NCBI GenBank assembly: GCA_051252135.1
Contig: JBPOGH010000012.1
Coordinates: 1-64,000 of the forward strand
Reading direction: 5' to 3'
Length of the DNA stretch: 64,000 nucleotides
Origin: Verrucomicrobiaceae bacterium
GTDB lineage: Bacteria; Verrucomicrobiota; Verrucomicrobiia; Verrucomicrobiales; Akkermansiaceae
The position numbers and the translations under genes are program-made. The notes under the pieces were generated by a model. The model was given only the letters and a program-made list of their open reading frames with translations, did no database searches and was not told the origin of the DNA. Shown in pieces: positions 48,511 through 58,807 of the stretch; position 1 is the stretch's first letter, and each line of letters starts with the position of its first letter.

Positions 48511-50937
48511 GTGGACCCACTCAAGCTGCTTTCTTCACTTTTCAAAGAAAAAGGCCTGCGCCCCTTCCCTTTCCAAAGAGAGACCTGGAAAGCCGCCCTC
48601 GCCGGCAAATCCGGCCTCCTCCACGCTCCCACCGGCATGGGCAAAACTCTCGCCGTCTGGCTCGGCCCCGTTGCGGAAGCAGCCGCTGATTCCCAAAAAC
48701 CCGGCTGCAAGGTTCTCTGGATCACCCCCCTTCGCGCCCTCGCCCAAGACACCCAAAAGTCACTTCAGGAACCTCTCGATCACCTCGGTCTCAAACTTCA
48801 GGTCGGCATCCGCACCGGCGACACCTCCGCCTACCAAAAGGCCAAGCTCAACAAATCCCTCCCCTTCTGCCTCATCACCACCCCCGAGAGCCTCTCGCTC
48901 TTTCTCACTCACGATAACTTCCGCGCCAATCTCGCCGACCTCGACACCATTATCATCGACGAGTGGCACGAACTCATCGGCACCAAGCGCGGTGTCCAGA
49001 CCGAGCTCTGCCTCGCCCGCCTTCGCAAATGGTTCCCCAACCTGCGCATCTGGGGACTCTCCGCGACCCTCGGAAATATCGACGAAGCAAAGCGCGTCCT
49101 CCTCGGTTCTTCAGCGGACGCCGCCGTCACCATCTCCGGAACTTCGCCCAAGAAACTCCAAATCAAAACCGTCCTCCCTCGCAATATCGACCGCTTCCCC
49201 TGGTCCGGCCATATCGGCATCCAGCTCCTCCCCAAGGTCATCAAGCTCCTCGAAAAAGACGGCACCACCCTTCTCTTCACCAACACCCGTTCCCAGACCG
49301 AAATCTGGTTCCAGGCCCTCCTCGAAGTAAAGCCGGAGTGGCAAAATGAAATTGCCCTCCACCACGGTTCCATCGACCGCGAAGAGCGCGCCCTCGCCGA
49401 AGACCGCCTCCGCGATGGCTCTATCCGCTGCGTCATCTGCACCTCCTCCCTTGATCTTGGAGTCGACTTCTCCCCCGTCACCCAGGTTATCCAGATTGGT
49501 AGCCCCAAGGGCATCGCCCGCCTCATGCAACGCGCCGGTCGCTCCGGCCACCAACCCGGCGGCACCTCCCGCCTCCACTGTGTCCCCGGAAACGCCTTCG
49601 AGCTCGTCGAGTTCGCCGCCGCCCGTGATGCCATCGCCGAAAAAAACATCGAAGCCCGCCTCCCCCTTCACAAACCCCTCGACGTCCTCGTCCAGCACCT
49701 CGTCACCATCTGCATCGGCGAACCCACCTCCCCCTCCGACCTCCTCCACGAAGTCCGCTCCACCTTCGCCTACCAAAATCTCACCGAAGAAGAATGGCAG
49801 TGGGCGCTCGATTTCGTCACCATCGGAGGCAAGGCCCTCGCCGCCTATCCCAACTTTAAAAAAGCCACCCTCATCGACGGCAAGCTCACCATCACCGACA
49901 AGCGCCTCATCCAGCGCCACCGCCTCAGCATCGGCACCATCACCGATCACCCCACCGTCTCCCTCGCCTTCCGCGGCGGCCGCCGACTCGGCTCCGTCGA
50001 GGAATCATTCATCTCCAAAATCCGCATCGGCGGCGTCTTCATCTTCGGTGGCCAACGCCTCGAGCTCATCCGCATCCACAAAAACAAAGCCACCGTCAAA
50101 CGCACCGATAAGAAAGCAAAGGGCGAGGTCGCCATCTGGGGCGGCGCCCGTATGCCCCTCTCCAGCGAGCTCTCCCACGCCGTCGCCCAACGCCTCAAGG
50201 AGAACGCCCCCACCGGCCCCGAGATGAAGCTCATCGCCCCCATCCTGGATATTCAGAAAAAGTGGTCCCGTATCCCGCACGACGAAATCCTCCTCCTCGA
50301 AAAAGTCGACATCCGCTCCGAAACCCACCTCTTCGTCTACACCTTCGCCGGCCGCCTCGTAAACGAAGGCCTCGGCTCACTCATCGCCTGGCGCATCAGT
50401 CAAAATGCCGACCTCCTCATCCAGGTCACCATGAATGACTACGGCTTCGGACTCACCACCAATGGCGACCTCCCCTTCGAGCCCGACCTCTGGCGTGAAC
50501 TCCTCACCACCGACAAACTCCTCGAGGACCTCCTCGCCTGCATGAACACCGCCGAGCTCGCCCGCCGGCAGTTTCGCGATATCGCCCGCGTCTCCGGTCT
50601 CGTCCTCCAACAACTCCCTCGCCGCGGCGCCCGCCCCCAAAAAGACCTCCAAACCTCCTCCCGCCTTCTCTACGAAGTCTTCCAGCGCTACGATCCCGAC
50701 AACCTCCTCCTCGTCCAGGCCCGCCGCGAAATCCTCGATAACCAACTCGAGCTCACCCGCCTCAAAGCCACCATGGAAGCCCTCGCCCACCGCCCCCTTC
50801 ACCTCCAGACCTGCGCCCGCCTCACCCCCATGGCCTTCCCCCTCTGGGCCGATCGCCTCCAGGCCCACTACCAGGGACAGGATGCCACCACCCGCCTCGA
50901 ACAAATGCTTACCTCGCTCGAAACCGCCGCCGGATAA
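48511..50937 (+). CDS. Ligase-associated DNA damage response DEXH helicase (Lhr-core type)
   Basis: APTGMGKT, ITPLRAL, TTPES, DEWHE, SATL, HHGS, QRAGRSGH and ARRQFRDIARVSGL. Confidence 0.93.
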   Translation: MDPLKLLSSLFKEKGLRPFPFQRETWKAALAGKSGLLHAPTGMGKTLAVWLGPVAEAAADSQKPGCKVLWITPLRALAQDTQKSLQEPLDHLGLKLQVGIRTGDTSAYQKAKLNKSLPFCLITTPESLSLFLTHDNFRANLADLDTIIIDEWHELIGTKRGVQTELCLARLRKWFPNLRIWGLSATLGNIDEAKRVLLGSSADAAVTISGTSPKKLQIKTVLPRNIDRFPWSGHIGIQLLPKVIKLLEKDGTTLLFTNTRSQTEIWFQALLEVKPEWQNEIALHHGSIDREERALAEDRLRDGSIRCVICTSSLDLGVDFSPVTQVIQIGSPKGIARLMQRAGRSGHQPGGTSRLHCVPGNAFELVEFAAARDAIAEKNIEARLPLHKPLDVLVQHLVTICIGEPTSPSDLLHEVRSTFAYQNLTEEEWQWALDFVTIGGKALAAYPNFKKATLIDGKLTITDKRLIQRHRLSIGTITDHPTVSLAFRGGRRLGSVEESFISKIRIGGVFIFGGQRLELIRIHKNKATVKRTDKKAKGEVAIWGGARMPLSSELSHAVAQRLKENAPTGPEMKLIAPILDIQKKWSRIPHDEILLLEKVDIRSETHLFVYTFAGRLVNEGLGSLIAWRISQNADLLIQVTMNDYGFGLTTNGDLPFEPDLWRELLTTDKLLEDLLACMNTAELARRQFRDIARVSGLVLQQLPRRGARPQKDLQTSSRLLYEVFQRYDPDNLLLVQARREILDNQLELTRLKATMEALAHRPLHLQTCARLTPMAFPLWADRLQAHYQGQDATTRLEQMLTSLETAAG

Positions 50938-50942
50938 CCCCC

Positions 50943-51581
50943 ATGCACCTTACCCTCCACGGCCACCAGCTCGAGCTCCTCAGTGATCACGCCGTCCACC
51001 TCCCCGCCTCCTCCGCCCTCGTCCTCTCCGACGTCCACCTTGGAAAAGCCGCCACCTTCCAGGCCCACGGCATCGCCATTCCTGAGGGAGATAACGCCCG
51101 CGACCTCGCCCGCATCTCCACCCTCCTCGCCCACACAAAAGCCACCCGCCTCATCATCGCCGGAGATCTCTTCCACTCCGCCCAAGGCCACTGCCCCGAG
51201 CTCTCATCCTGGCTCGCCCAATGCCCCGCCGATCTCACCCTCGTCATCGGAAATCACGACCTCCGCGGACTGCCCCAAGACTTCCCCGCCAAAGCCAGCC
51301 CCTCCCTCATCCTCGATGGCATCGAAATCGTCCACGACCCGGCCGACGCCTCCCCGGACAAATTCACCATCTGTGGCCACCTCCACCCCTCCGTTAAAAT
51401 CAAAGAAGGCCCCCGCCGCTCCCTCCGCACCCCCTGCTTCCACCTCACCGGCACCACCCTCATCCTCCCCTCCTTCGGCTCCTTCACCGGCGGCCAGATC
51501 GTCAAAAGAACCCCGCAGGACCGCATCTTCATCCCCCTCCCCACCTCCGTGCTCGAAGCTCCGGCCCACCTCCTCACTTAA
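50943..51581 (+). CDS. pdeM: Ligase-associated metallophosphoesterase/endonuclease PdeM
   Basis: SDVHLGK, GDLFH, GNHD, GHLHP and PSFGSFTGG; follows the Lhr-type helicase. Confidence 0.9.
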   Translation: MHLTLHGHQLELLSDHAVHLPASSALVLSDVHLGKAATFQAHGIAIPEGDNARDLARISTLLAHTKATRLIIAGDLFHSAQGHCPELSSWLAQCPADLTLVIGNHDLRGLPQDFPAKASPSLILDGIEIVHDPADASPDKFTICGHLHPSVKIKEGPRRSLRTPCFHLTGTTLILPSFGSFTGGQIVKRTPQDRIFIPLPTSVLEAPAHLLT

Positions 51582-51686
51582 AACCCAGGCCCAACACCTC
51601 CCATTGCAAACTCACTGGACACATTGAGAATCGACTTGCCAAACACCCCCTCTCAACCTCCCTCAAAACCGCACCCCAATCCATCA

Positions 51687-51699
51687 AAACTCATTGATT
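51687..51699 (-). promoter_or_regulatory. IHF-like binding site upstream of the pgsB sigma54 promoter
   Basis: Minus strand AATCAA-TGAG-TTT versus consensus WATCAANNNNTTR. Confidence 0.5.
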
Positions 51700-51728
51700 T
51701 TAAGTCATTTGAGAGGAAGTTAGCCCAC

Positions 51729-51745
51729 TTGGCATAACGCGAGCA
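51729..51745 (+). promoter_or_regulatory. sigma54 (-24/-12) promoter of the pgs operon
   Basis: TTGGCATAACGCGAGCA, i.e. GG-N10-GC, ending 16 nt before the pgsB ATG. Confidence 0.7.
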
Positions 51746-51761
51746 AATAGCGTGCTCCAAC

Positions 51762-52958
51762 ATGCCAAGCATCCTCATTCTCACCGGCACCATCGCCCTC
51801 CTGACCTTCCTGGGTTACATGGAGCGCAAACGCCACCGTGCCAATCTTGCCAAGATTCCCGTTCGCGTTCACGTCAATGGAACCCGAGGCAAATCTTCCG
51901 TCACCCGGCTCATCGCCTCCGGCCTCCGCGCTGGCGGTGTCCAGTGTTGCGCCAAGACCACCGGCACCCTTCCCCGCATGATCCTTCCCGACGGTAAGGA
52001 GTTCCCCGTCTTCCGTCCGGCCAAGGCCAACGTCATCGAGCAAATCCGCATCGTCGAGACCGCCGTTCAGTGGAATACCGACGTCCTCGTCATCGAGTGC
52101 ATGGCCCTCCAACCCCGCCTCCAGTGGCTTTGCGAGGACTCACTCGTCAGAGGAACCCACGGCGTCATCACCAACGCACGTGAGGACCACCTCGATGTCA
52201 TGGGCCCCGGCGAAGAAGACGTCGCCAAAGCCCTCGCCGCCATGGTTCCTCAAAATGGCAAGTTCTACACCGCCGAGCGCGAACACCTCGGCATCTTCCA
52301 ATATGCCTGCGATGACCGCGGAACCGAGGTCATCCCCACCACACTCGAGGATGTCGCCACCATCACCGACGAAGACCTCGCCGGATTCCCCTACATCGAG
52401 CACGCCGAAAACGTCGCCCTCGCCCTCCGCATCTGCAGTGACCTCGGAGTCGACAAGCAAACCGCCCTCAAAGGCATGTGGGCCGCCGAGCCCGATCCCG
52501 GTGCCATGACCGCCTACGACATGGACTTCTTCGGCCGCCAACTTCACTTCGTCAATGGCTTCGCCGCCAACGACCCCGAGTCCACCCTCCGCATCTGGCA
52601 AATGGCCATCGACCGCTACCCTGACGCTCAGACCAAAGTCGCCGTCTTTAACTGCCGCGCCGACCGTCCCGACCGCTCACGCCAGCTGGGTGAAGCCGTA
52701 GGCCAATGGCCGCCCGCGGACTACTACGTCCTCATGGGCACCGGCACCTACATCTTCGCCAAAGAGGCCATCAAATCCGGAGTCGACCCCATGAAAATCG
52801 TCTTCGCCGAGGACCGCCGCACCGAAGAAATCTTCGAAGCCTGCGTCCAGGTCGCCGGAGAATCCGCCCTCATCATGGGCATGGCAAACATCGGTGGCCA
52901 GGGACTCGAACTCGTCCGCTTCTTCGCCAACCGCAGTAAATTCGTCGCCTTCAAATAA
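51762..52958 (+). CDS. pgsB: Poly-gamma-glutamate synthase PgsB/CapB
   Basis: N-terminal TM, HVNGTRGKSSVTRLIA, KTTGT, IECMALQP, ITNAREDHLDVMGP, NGFAANDPEST and NCRADRPDR. Confidence 0.96.
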   Translation: MPSILILTGTIALLTFLGYMERKRHRANLAKIPVRVHVNGTRGKSSVTRLIASGLRAGGVQCCAKTTGTLPRMILPDGKEFPVFRPAKANVIEQIRIVETAVQWNTDVLVIECMALQPRLQWLCEDSLVRGTHGVITNAREDHLDVMGPGEEDVAKALAAMVPQNGKFYTAEREHLGIFQYACDDRGTEVIPTTLEDVATITDEDLAGFPYIEHAENVALALRICSDLGVDKQTALKGMWAAEPDPGAMTAYDMDFFGRQLHFVNGFAANDPESTLRIWQMAIDRYPDAQTKVAVFNCRADRPDRSRQLGEAVGQWPPADYYVLMGTGTYIFAKEAIKSGVDPMKIVFAEDRRTEEIFEACVQVAGESALIMGMANIGGQGLELVRFFANRSKFVAFK

Positions 52959-52998
52959 CCAACCCGTTTCTCAAAAAACAAACTCTCCTAACAAACAA

Positions 52999-53478
52999 AT
53001 GATTGATCCAGAAATTCTCACCGTCGCCATCGGAGTCGGCCTCGCCGTGAGCTTGTTGTTCTCCGAACTCTTCGGCCTCGCTGCCGGCGGCCTTGTTGTC
53101 CCCGGTTACGTCGCCCTCTTCATCGACCGACCCATCGTCATCATCACCACCCTTCTTATCGCGGTGGCCACCTGGCTCATCGTCAAGCTCCTGGGCTCCA
53201 TGATGATCCTCTTCGGCAAACGCCGCACCGTCCTCGTCATCCTTGTCGCCTACTTGCTCCGCCTCGTGTTCGACTACACCCTTGCCGAGACCTTCGCGAC
53301 CTACGCCCTCGGAGATGACGCCGGACTCATCGTCATCGGTTACATCATCCCCGGCCTCATCGCCCTCTGGTTTGACCGTCAGGGCGTCGGCCAAACCCTC
53401 GCAACCCTCGCCGCCGCCTCGGTAGCCGTCCGCATGATCCTCATCATCCTCTTCGGTGGTGCCATCGTCTTCGGTTAA
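52999..53478 (+). CDS. pgsC: Poly-gamma-glutamate biosynthesis protein PgsC/CapC
   Basis: GLAAGGLVVPGY, FGKRR and IGYIIPGLIA.W..RQG. Confidence 0.95.
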   Translation: MIDPEILTVAIGVGLAVSLLFSELFGLAAGGLVVPGYVALFIDRPIVIITTLLIAVATWLIVKLLGSMMILFGKRRTVLVILVAYLLRLVFDYTLAETFATYALGDDAGLIVIGYIIPGLIALWFDRQGVGQTLATLAAASVAVRMILIILFGGAIVFG

Positions 53479-53507
53479 CCTTCCCAGCCTCTACCTTTCC
53501 TACTGAA

Positions 53508-54656
53508 ATGAAAAAACTCTACTGGCGGCCCCAAGCCGTCTCCGTCAAAGCCCTCGCCCTCGTTGCCGTCTTCTCTGTTGGAGGAGCCATCGTCGTCGAG
53601 AACTTCAAATCCGAAAACAAGCAATCCGGCTTCGAGGAAAAAATGGAAGCCTCACGGCTCGCCCTCTCCGCCATGGAAAGCCTCCGTGCCGCACGCGTCC
53701 AGGCCGGCTACGAGATCGACCCCACCGTCGACCCCTCCCAATCCGGACTCATCGGACTCCCCATGTCCAGCGTCACCAGCGTCTCCGGCGTTCTTGAAGC
53801 AAAGCAAACCAGCGTGAACCCAAACTTCGCCGCCGTCGTCCTCGAATACCTTCGTCGCGCCGGCGTGAATGAAGGTGACACTGTCGCCGTCGGAGCCTCC
53901 GGATCCTTCCCCGCTCTCAACGTCTGCGTTTACGCCGCCCTCGAGACCCTCAAGGCCAAGCCCATCGTCGTAAGTTCCGCCTCCGCCTCCCAGTGGGGTG
54001 CCAATGTTCCCGAGCTTCTCTGGATCGATATGGAGCGCATCCTTCAAGAAGAAGGTAAATTCTCCTTCCGCTCCGTCGCGGCCTCCATGGGTGGCTTCGA
54101 AGATAGCGGCATGGGCCTCACCGCAGCCGGAAAAGCCGACATCAACAAGGCAATGGAGCGCAACGGATTCACCATCCTGGACCCCAAGCTCGACTTCACC
54201 GCCAAGGTGGACGAACGCTTCAAAATCTACAACTCCGAGGCCAAAGGCGCCCCTATCAAAGCCTACATCAACATCGGTGGTGGCGCCATCTCCAACGGAC
54301 GTTCCGTCGGCAAGCACCTCTTCAACCCCGGCCTCAACAAGCGTGCCCCTCTCGGTGTTCGCAAGGTCGATGGCCTCATGTCCCGCTTCATTGTCGAAGG
54401 CACCCCCGTCATCCACCTCGTCAACATCAACGACCTCGCTGAAAGCTTCGATATCGAACTCAGCCCAAAAATCACCCCGGCCATTGGCAATGCCAGTGTC
54501 TTTAGCAAGGTCGACTACAACCGTTGGCTCGCCGGAGGCATCCTCGTCGGCATCCTCCTCTCCCTCTTCGGCTTCATCCGCTCGGACATTGGCTTCCGCC
54601 TCTTCCAAAGCGCTGGCCCCAAAAAAGGCGGCTCGCACCCCGAGCCCATGGTCTAA
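53508..54656 (+). CDS. pgsW: Poly-gamma-glutamate system protein (PgsW)
   Basis: SGLIG...AKQTSVNPNFAA, SGSFP, SASQWGAN, YINIGG and PVIHLVNI; two terminal TMs; follows pgsC. Confidence 0.88.
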   Translation: MKKLYWRPQAVSVKALALVAVFSVGGAIVVENFKSENKQSGFEEKMEASRLALSAMESLRAARVQAGYEIDPTVDPSQSGLIGLPMSSVTSVSGVLEAKQTSVNPNFAAVVLEYLRRAGVNEGDTVAVGASGSFPALNVCVYAALETLKAKPIVVSSASASQWGANVPELLWIDMERILQEEGKFSFRSVAASMGGFEDSGMGLTAAGKADINKAMERNGFTILDPKLDFTAKVDERFKIYNSEAKGAPIKAYINIGGGAISNGRSVGKHLFNPGLNKRAPLGVRKVDGLMSRFIVEGTPVIHLVNINDLAESFDIELSPKITPAIGNASVFSKVDYNRWLAGGILVGILLSLFGFIRSDIGFRLFQSAGPKKGGSHPEPMV

Positions 54657-54684
54657 CCTAAAAAAACACCCCCCCCTTAAATCA

Positions 54685-55344
54685 ATGAAAATCCACCTCC
54701 CGCTCGTCCTCCTCTGCTCGCTCGCCACCCTTCCCCTGTCCGCCCAAAAAGCGGCCGGGGACGGCAAGGCCAAAGCATCGGCAAACAACCCCGTGGACGC
54801 ACACTTCGTCAAGGCCCGCGCCCTCTTCGATCAAAAGAAAATAGGCGAGTCTGCCGAACACATCTACAAGGCCACCGACCTCATCCACAAGCGACTCATC
54901 ACCGCCGACGAACTCCCCACCAAGGGAATCGTCAACACCGCCAACAAACTTGAATCACTCGCGGAAAAGGTCGACAACAACAAGATCAAGGACGGCAAGA
55001 CCCTCGACCGCACCTTCGCCTCAGCCAGTAAAAACCTCGCCAGTTACTACACTCAGGTTGCGGAGACTGCGCACAAGAAAGGCAACAAAAAAGATGCCGC
55101 TGCAGCCATGACCCGCAGCGCCTTCTACCTCGAAAACACCGCCAAGTGGTCAGGCAAAAAACTCAACGCCGAAGAACAGGACTCCATCCTTGGCCTCCGC
55201 AATGCAGGCAACGCCCTCGTCGAGGCAGGTGACAAGGTTGTGAAGATCCCGGCGTCGCTCTTCACCGGAGCTGCGGAACTCCTCGCCAAACTCGGCGGAG
55301 AGGAAGCCATCCCCGTGAAATCGAAGCCAAAGAAAACCAAGTAA
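54685..55344 (+). CDS. Secreted basic all-helical hypothetical protein
   Basis: Signal peptide MKIHLPLVLLCSLATLPLSA; Ala/Lys-rich helical sequence inside the pgs operon. Confidence 0.8.
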   Translation: MKIHLPLVLLCSLATLPLSAQKAAGDGKAKASANNPVDAHFVKARALFDQKKIGESAEHIYKATDLIHKRLITADELPTKGIVNTANKLESLAEKVDNNKIKDGKTLDRTFASASKNLASYYTQVAETAHKKGNKKDAAAAMTRSAFYLENTAKWSGKKLNAEEQDSILGLRNAGNALVEAGDKVVKIPASLFTGAAELLAKLGGEEAIPVKSKPKKTK

Positions 55345-55373
55345 AACCCCGGCTCCCGTTTCAGGGCAACCCC

Positions 55374-56132
55374 GTGGAATCAACCCCACTCAGCGAACCG
55401 GGCGCCGTCTCCTTCTCCTTCGAGATCGGACGGCAGCCAAACGATACCACCTGCGGGCCCACCTGCCTTCAGGCGGTTTATCGTTACTACGGACTGCCGG
55501 TTGAAATGGATGACCTCCTTCGGGACATCCCCACCCTTGAGCACGGCGGCACCCTCACCGTCATGCTGGGCCTTCACGCCCTCAGACACGGATTCCAGGC
55601 CACTCTCTACACCTATAACCTCCGCTTTTTCGATCCCTCCTGGTTCTCTCCCGAACCCATCGTCGACCTCGCCGCCAAACTACGCACCCAGGTCCGCATC
55701 CATCCCGACGGCAAGCGAAACCTCGCCGCTCAAGCCTACCTCGAGTTTATCCAGCTCGGCGGAAAGGTCATCATGGAAGACCTCTCTCCGGACCTCCTCA
55801 TCCGTCACCTCTCCCGGAAACAACCCATCCTCACCGGCCTCTCCTCCACCTGGCTCTACCAGTCGAAACGCGAACACCCCGTCACCTGCCTCGAGGATGA
55901 CATCCACGGCGCTCCTGCCGGACACTTCGTCGTCATCAACGGATACAATCCCTCCACTCACGAAGCCCATATCGCAGACCCCTTCGAATACTCCGCCAAA
56001 ACAGGCCAACGCTACTCCGTCCCCCTCATGCGCCTCACCAATGCCGTCCTCCTCGGCATCCTGACCTACGACGCAAACCTCCTGGTCATCCAACCCTGCG
56101 ACCAACATGCCCACTCATCTGATCGTCGTTGA
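55374..56132 (+). CDS. Peptidase C39-like (papain-fold) protein
   Basis: QPNDTTCGPTCL, GHFVV and IADP (Cys-His-Asp triad). Confidence 0.85.
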   Translation: MESTPLSEPGAVSFSFEIGRQPNDTTCGPTCLQAVYRYYGLPVEMDDLLRDIPTLEHGGTLTVMLGLHALRHGFQATLYTYNLRFFDPSWFSPEPIVDLAAKLRTQVRIHPDGKRNLAAQAYLEFIQLGGKVIMEDLSPDLLIRHLSRKQPILTGLSSTWLYQSKREHPVTCLEDDIHGAPAGHFVVINGYNPSTHEAHIADPFEYSAKTGQRYSVPLMRLTNAVLLGILTYDANLLVIQPCDQHAHSSDRR

Positions 56133-57561
56133 TCGCATCGACGACTGGCCGGAAGCCACCCCGGATGCGCGCATCATCTCCGCATCCGAATACCTCAAGG
56201 ACGACTCCCTCGCCGCCCTCCGCCGCGCACGCGTTTACAACCTCTGCCACTCCTACCGCTACCAAAGCACCGGCTACTACGTCTCCCTTCTCGCCGAAGC
56301 CCGCGGGCACCTCCCCTGCCCCAGCATCACCACCATTCAGGACCTCAAGTTCCAATCCCTCGCCCGCTCACTCTCCGGCGGACTTCAGGACCTCATCACC
56401 CGCTCACTCGCCACCCTAAAAAGCGACCGCTTCACTCTCTCCGTCTACTTCGCAAAAAACCTCGCCAAACGATACGACACCCTCTCCCGCAAGCTCGCCT
56501 CCCGCTTCCCCTCCCCCTTCATCCGCGCCACCTTCAAGCGCACCCGCGGAATCTGGCGCATGGCGGAAATCTCCGCCATCACCACCGCCGATGTCCCCCC
56601 CGGACACTGGCCCTTCATCCACCGCGCCGCCTCCCTCTACTTCCGGCAACCGGAAAAATCCCGCCACGCCAAAACCCCTCGCTTCACCCTCGCCATCCTC
56701 GTCGATCCCTCCGAAAAAAACGCCCCCTCGAACGAGCGGGGACTCAAACGCTTCGGCAGTGCCGCAGCCAGGGCCGGCATCCGGACCGAGCTCATCACCA
56801 AGGCAGATTACAGCCGCCTCCCCCACTTCGATGGCCTCTTCATCCGCACCACCACCTCGGTCAACCACTTCAGCTACCGCTTTGCCCGCTCCGCCGAAGC
56901 CTTCGGCATGACCGTGATCGACTCCTCCACCTCCATCGTCCGTTGCGCCAACAAGGTCTACCTCGCCGAACTCCTCCGCGGACATAAGATCACCACCCCC
57001 AGGACCGCAATCCTCCACCGCGAAAACCTCGACGAAGTCCTCGCGGATATCGGCCTTCCCATGATCCTCAAACTCCCGGACTCCGCATTCTCCCTCGGAG
57101 TCAAAAAGGCCGCCTCCCCCGCGGAATTCGAGACCCTGACCCTCGAAATGCTCAAGCAGTCCGACCTCCTCGTCGCCCAGGAATACCTCCCCACCGACTT
57201 CGATTGGCGCATTGGCATCCTTGATCAACGCCCCTTTTTCGCCTGTAAATACTTCATGGCACGCGGCCATTGGCAGATTTACAACAACGACTCACCCTCC
57301 TCCCGCTCCAAGGAAGGCGGCTTCCGGTGCATCCCCCTCGATCAAGTCCCGCCCCATGTCATCAACACCGCCCTCCGCGCCACCTCCGTCATCGGAGACA
57401 GCCTCTACGGAGTCGACATCAAGGAAATCGGAACCAACGCCATCGTCATCGAAGTCAATGACAACCCCAACCTCGATGCGGATATCGAGGACAAACTCCT
57501 CCGGCGCTCCCTTTGGGATCAGCTCGCCAAAACTTTCCTCTCACGTCTAGAATCACGTTAA
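56107..57561 (+). CDS. RimK-type ATP-grasp ligase with N-terminal RLAN domain
   Basis: NLCHSYRYQSTGYYVSLLAEARGH (RLAN); LFIRTTT, KLPDSAFS, QEYLPTDFDWR, YGVDIK and EVNDNP. Confidence 0.9.
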   Translation: MPTHLIVVDRIDDWPEATPDARIISASEYLKDDSLAALRRARVYNLCHSYRYQSTGYYVSLLAEARGHLPCPSITTIQDLKFQSLARSLSGGLQDLITRSLATLKSDRFTLSVYFAKNLAKRYDTLSRKLASRFPSPFIRATFKRTRGIWRMAEISAITTADVPPGHWPFIHRAASLYFRQPEKSRHAKTPRFTLAILVDPSEKNAPSNERGLKRFGSAAARAGIRTELITKADYSRLPHFDGLFIRTTTSVNHFSYRFARSAEAFGMTVIDSSTSIVRCANKVYLAELLRGHKITTPRTAILHRENLDEVLADIGLPMILKLPDSAFSLGVKKAASPAEFETLTLEMLKQSDLLVAQEYLPTDFDWRIGILDQRPFFACKYFMARGHWQIYNNDSPSSRSKEGGFRCIPLDQVPPHVINTALRATSVIGDSLYGVDIKEIGTNAIVIEVNDNPNLDADIEDKLLRRSLWDQLAKTFLSRLESR

Positions 57562-57583
57562 CAACAAAAACACCACCATACCC

Positions 57584-58807
57584 ATGTCGTTCCACCTGCT
57601 GCAATACCTCGGCATCGAAATCGAATACATGATTGTCGACCGGGACACCCTCCAGATCCTCCCCATCGCCCACACCGTCCTTCTGGATCTCGATGCCGAC
57701 GATAACGGCGACCTCGTCCGCGGAGAGTTCACTTGGTCCAACGAACTCACCAACCACGTCCTCGAACTCAAAACCTCCGACCCCGAACCCTCCCTCGAAG
57801 GAGTCCACCGGCGCATGGAGGATGAAGTCCGCTGGATGAATGGCCAACTTGCCCTCTCCAATGCCCGCCTCCTTCCCACCTCCATGCACCCCTGGATGGA
57901 CCCCAAAAAGGAAACCGTCCTCTGGCCCCTCGGACACCGGGAAATCTATCGAAAATACGACGAGATCTTCTATTGCCACTCCCACGGCTGGGCCAACGTC
58001 CAAAGCACCCACCTCAACATCTCCTTCATCGGAGACGAGGAATTCGCCAAACTCCACGCCGCCATCCGCATCATCCTCCCCCTCCTCCCCGCCATCTGCG
58101 CCAGCTCCCCCATCATCGAGGGTGACCCCGGGGACGATCTCGACTGCCGACTCGACTTCTACTGGAACAATCAACGATCCATCCCCGCCATCACCGGAGA
58201 AATCATCCCCGAAATCGTCCACAGTCAGGCCGACTACGAAAGACTCATCTACGAGCCCATCCGCTCCTCCATGGCCCTGCACGATCCCGAAGGATTGCTC
58301 GAAGTCGACTTCCTCAACTCCCGTGGAGCCATCGCCCGCTTTGACCGCGGCTCCATCGAAATCCGCGTCATGGATAGCCAGGAATGCCCCCGCGCAGACC
58401 TCGGCATCTCGGAATTCGTCGTCGGTCTCCTCAAATGGCTCGTCGCCCGCACCCCGGACCACCCCCTTCAGGCTGAAACCTCCACCATCGCCCTCGCCCA
58501 ACTCTACCGCGCCGCCATCCACGAAGGACTCAACGCTCCCATCATGCACGAATCCCTCCTCCCACTTTGGGGCATGAAACCCGGAGCCCACTTCACCATC
58601 GGTGACATCATCGCCCACCTCTCCCGTGAACTCGAGGGCTCCATCTCACGCAATGCTGTCGAGGTCATCAATGACATCCTCGAAAACGGAAATCTCGCCC
58701 AACGCATTCTCCGTGACCTGGCCGCCAATGGCGACGACCTCCACCTCACCTACTCCAGGCTCGCCGATTGCCTCATCCACAACCGAATCTTCACCCCCGG
58801 CACATGA
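57584..58807 (+). CDS. Glutamate-cysteine ligase family 2 (carboxylate-amine ligase)
   Basis: GIEIEYMIV, NELTNHVLEL, MHPW, STHLN, NSRGAIARF and IEIRVMD. Confidence 0.88.
   Translation: MSFHLLQYLGIEIEYMIVDRDTLQILPIAHTVLLDLDADDNGDLVRGEFTWSNELTNHVLELKTSDPEPSLEGVHRRMEDEVRWMNGQLALSNARLLPTSMHPWMDPKKETVLWPLGHREIYRKYDEIFYCHSHGWANVQSTHLNISFIGDEEFAKLHAAIRIILPLLPAICASSPIIEGDPGDDLDCRLDFYWNNQRSIPAITGEIIPEIVHSQADYERLIYEPIRSSMALHDPEGLLEVDFLNSRGAIARFDRGSIEIRVMDSQECPRADLGISEFVVGLLKWLVARTPDHPLQAETSTIALAQLYRAAIHEGLNAPIMHESLLPLWGMKPGAHFTIGDIIAHLSRELEGSISRNAVEVINDILENGNLAQRILRDLAANGDDLHLTYSRLADCLIHNRIFTPGT

Noticed and set aside
53998..54684. N-terminal extension of the 448-aa ORF suggesting a frameshift or fusion with pgsW
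   Set aside because: It is a Ser-rich shadow frame over pgsW; the real protein starts at ATG 54685 with a clean signal peptide.
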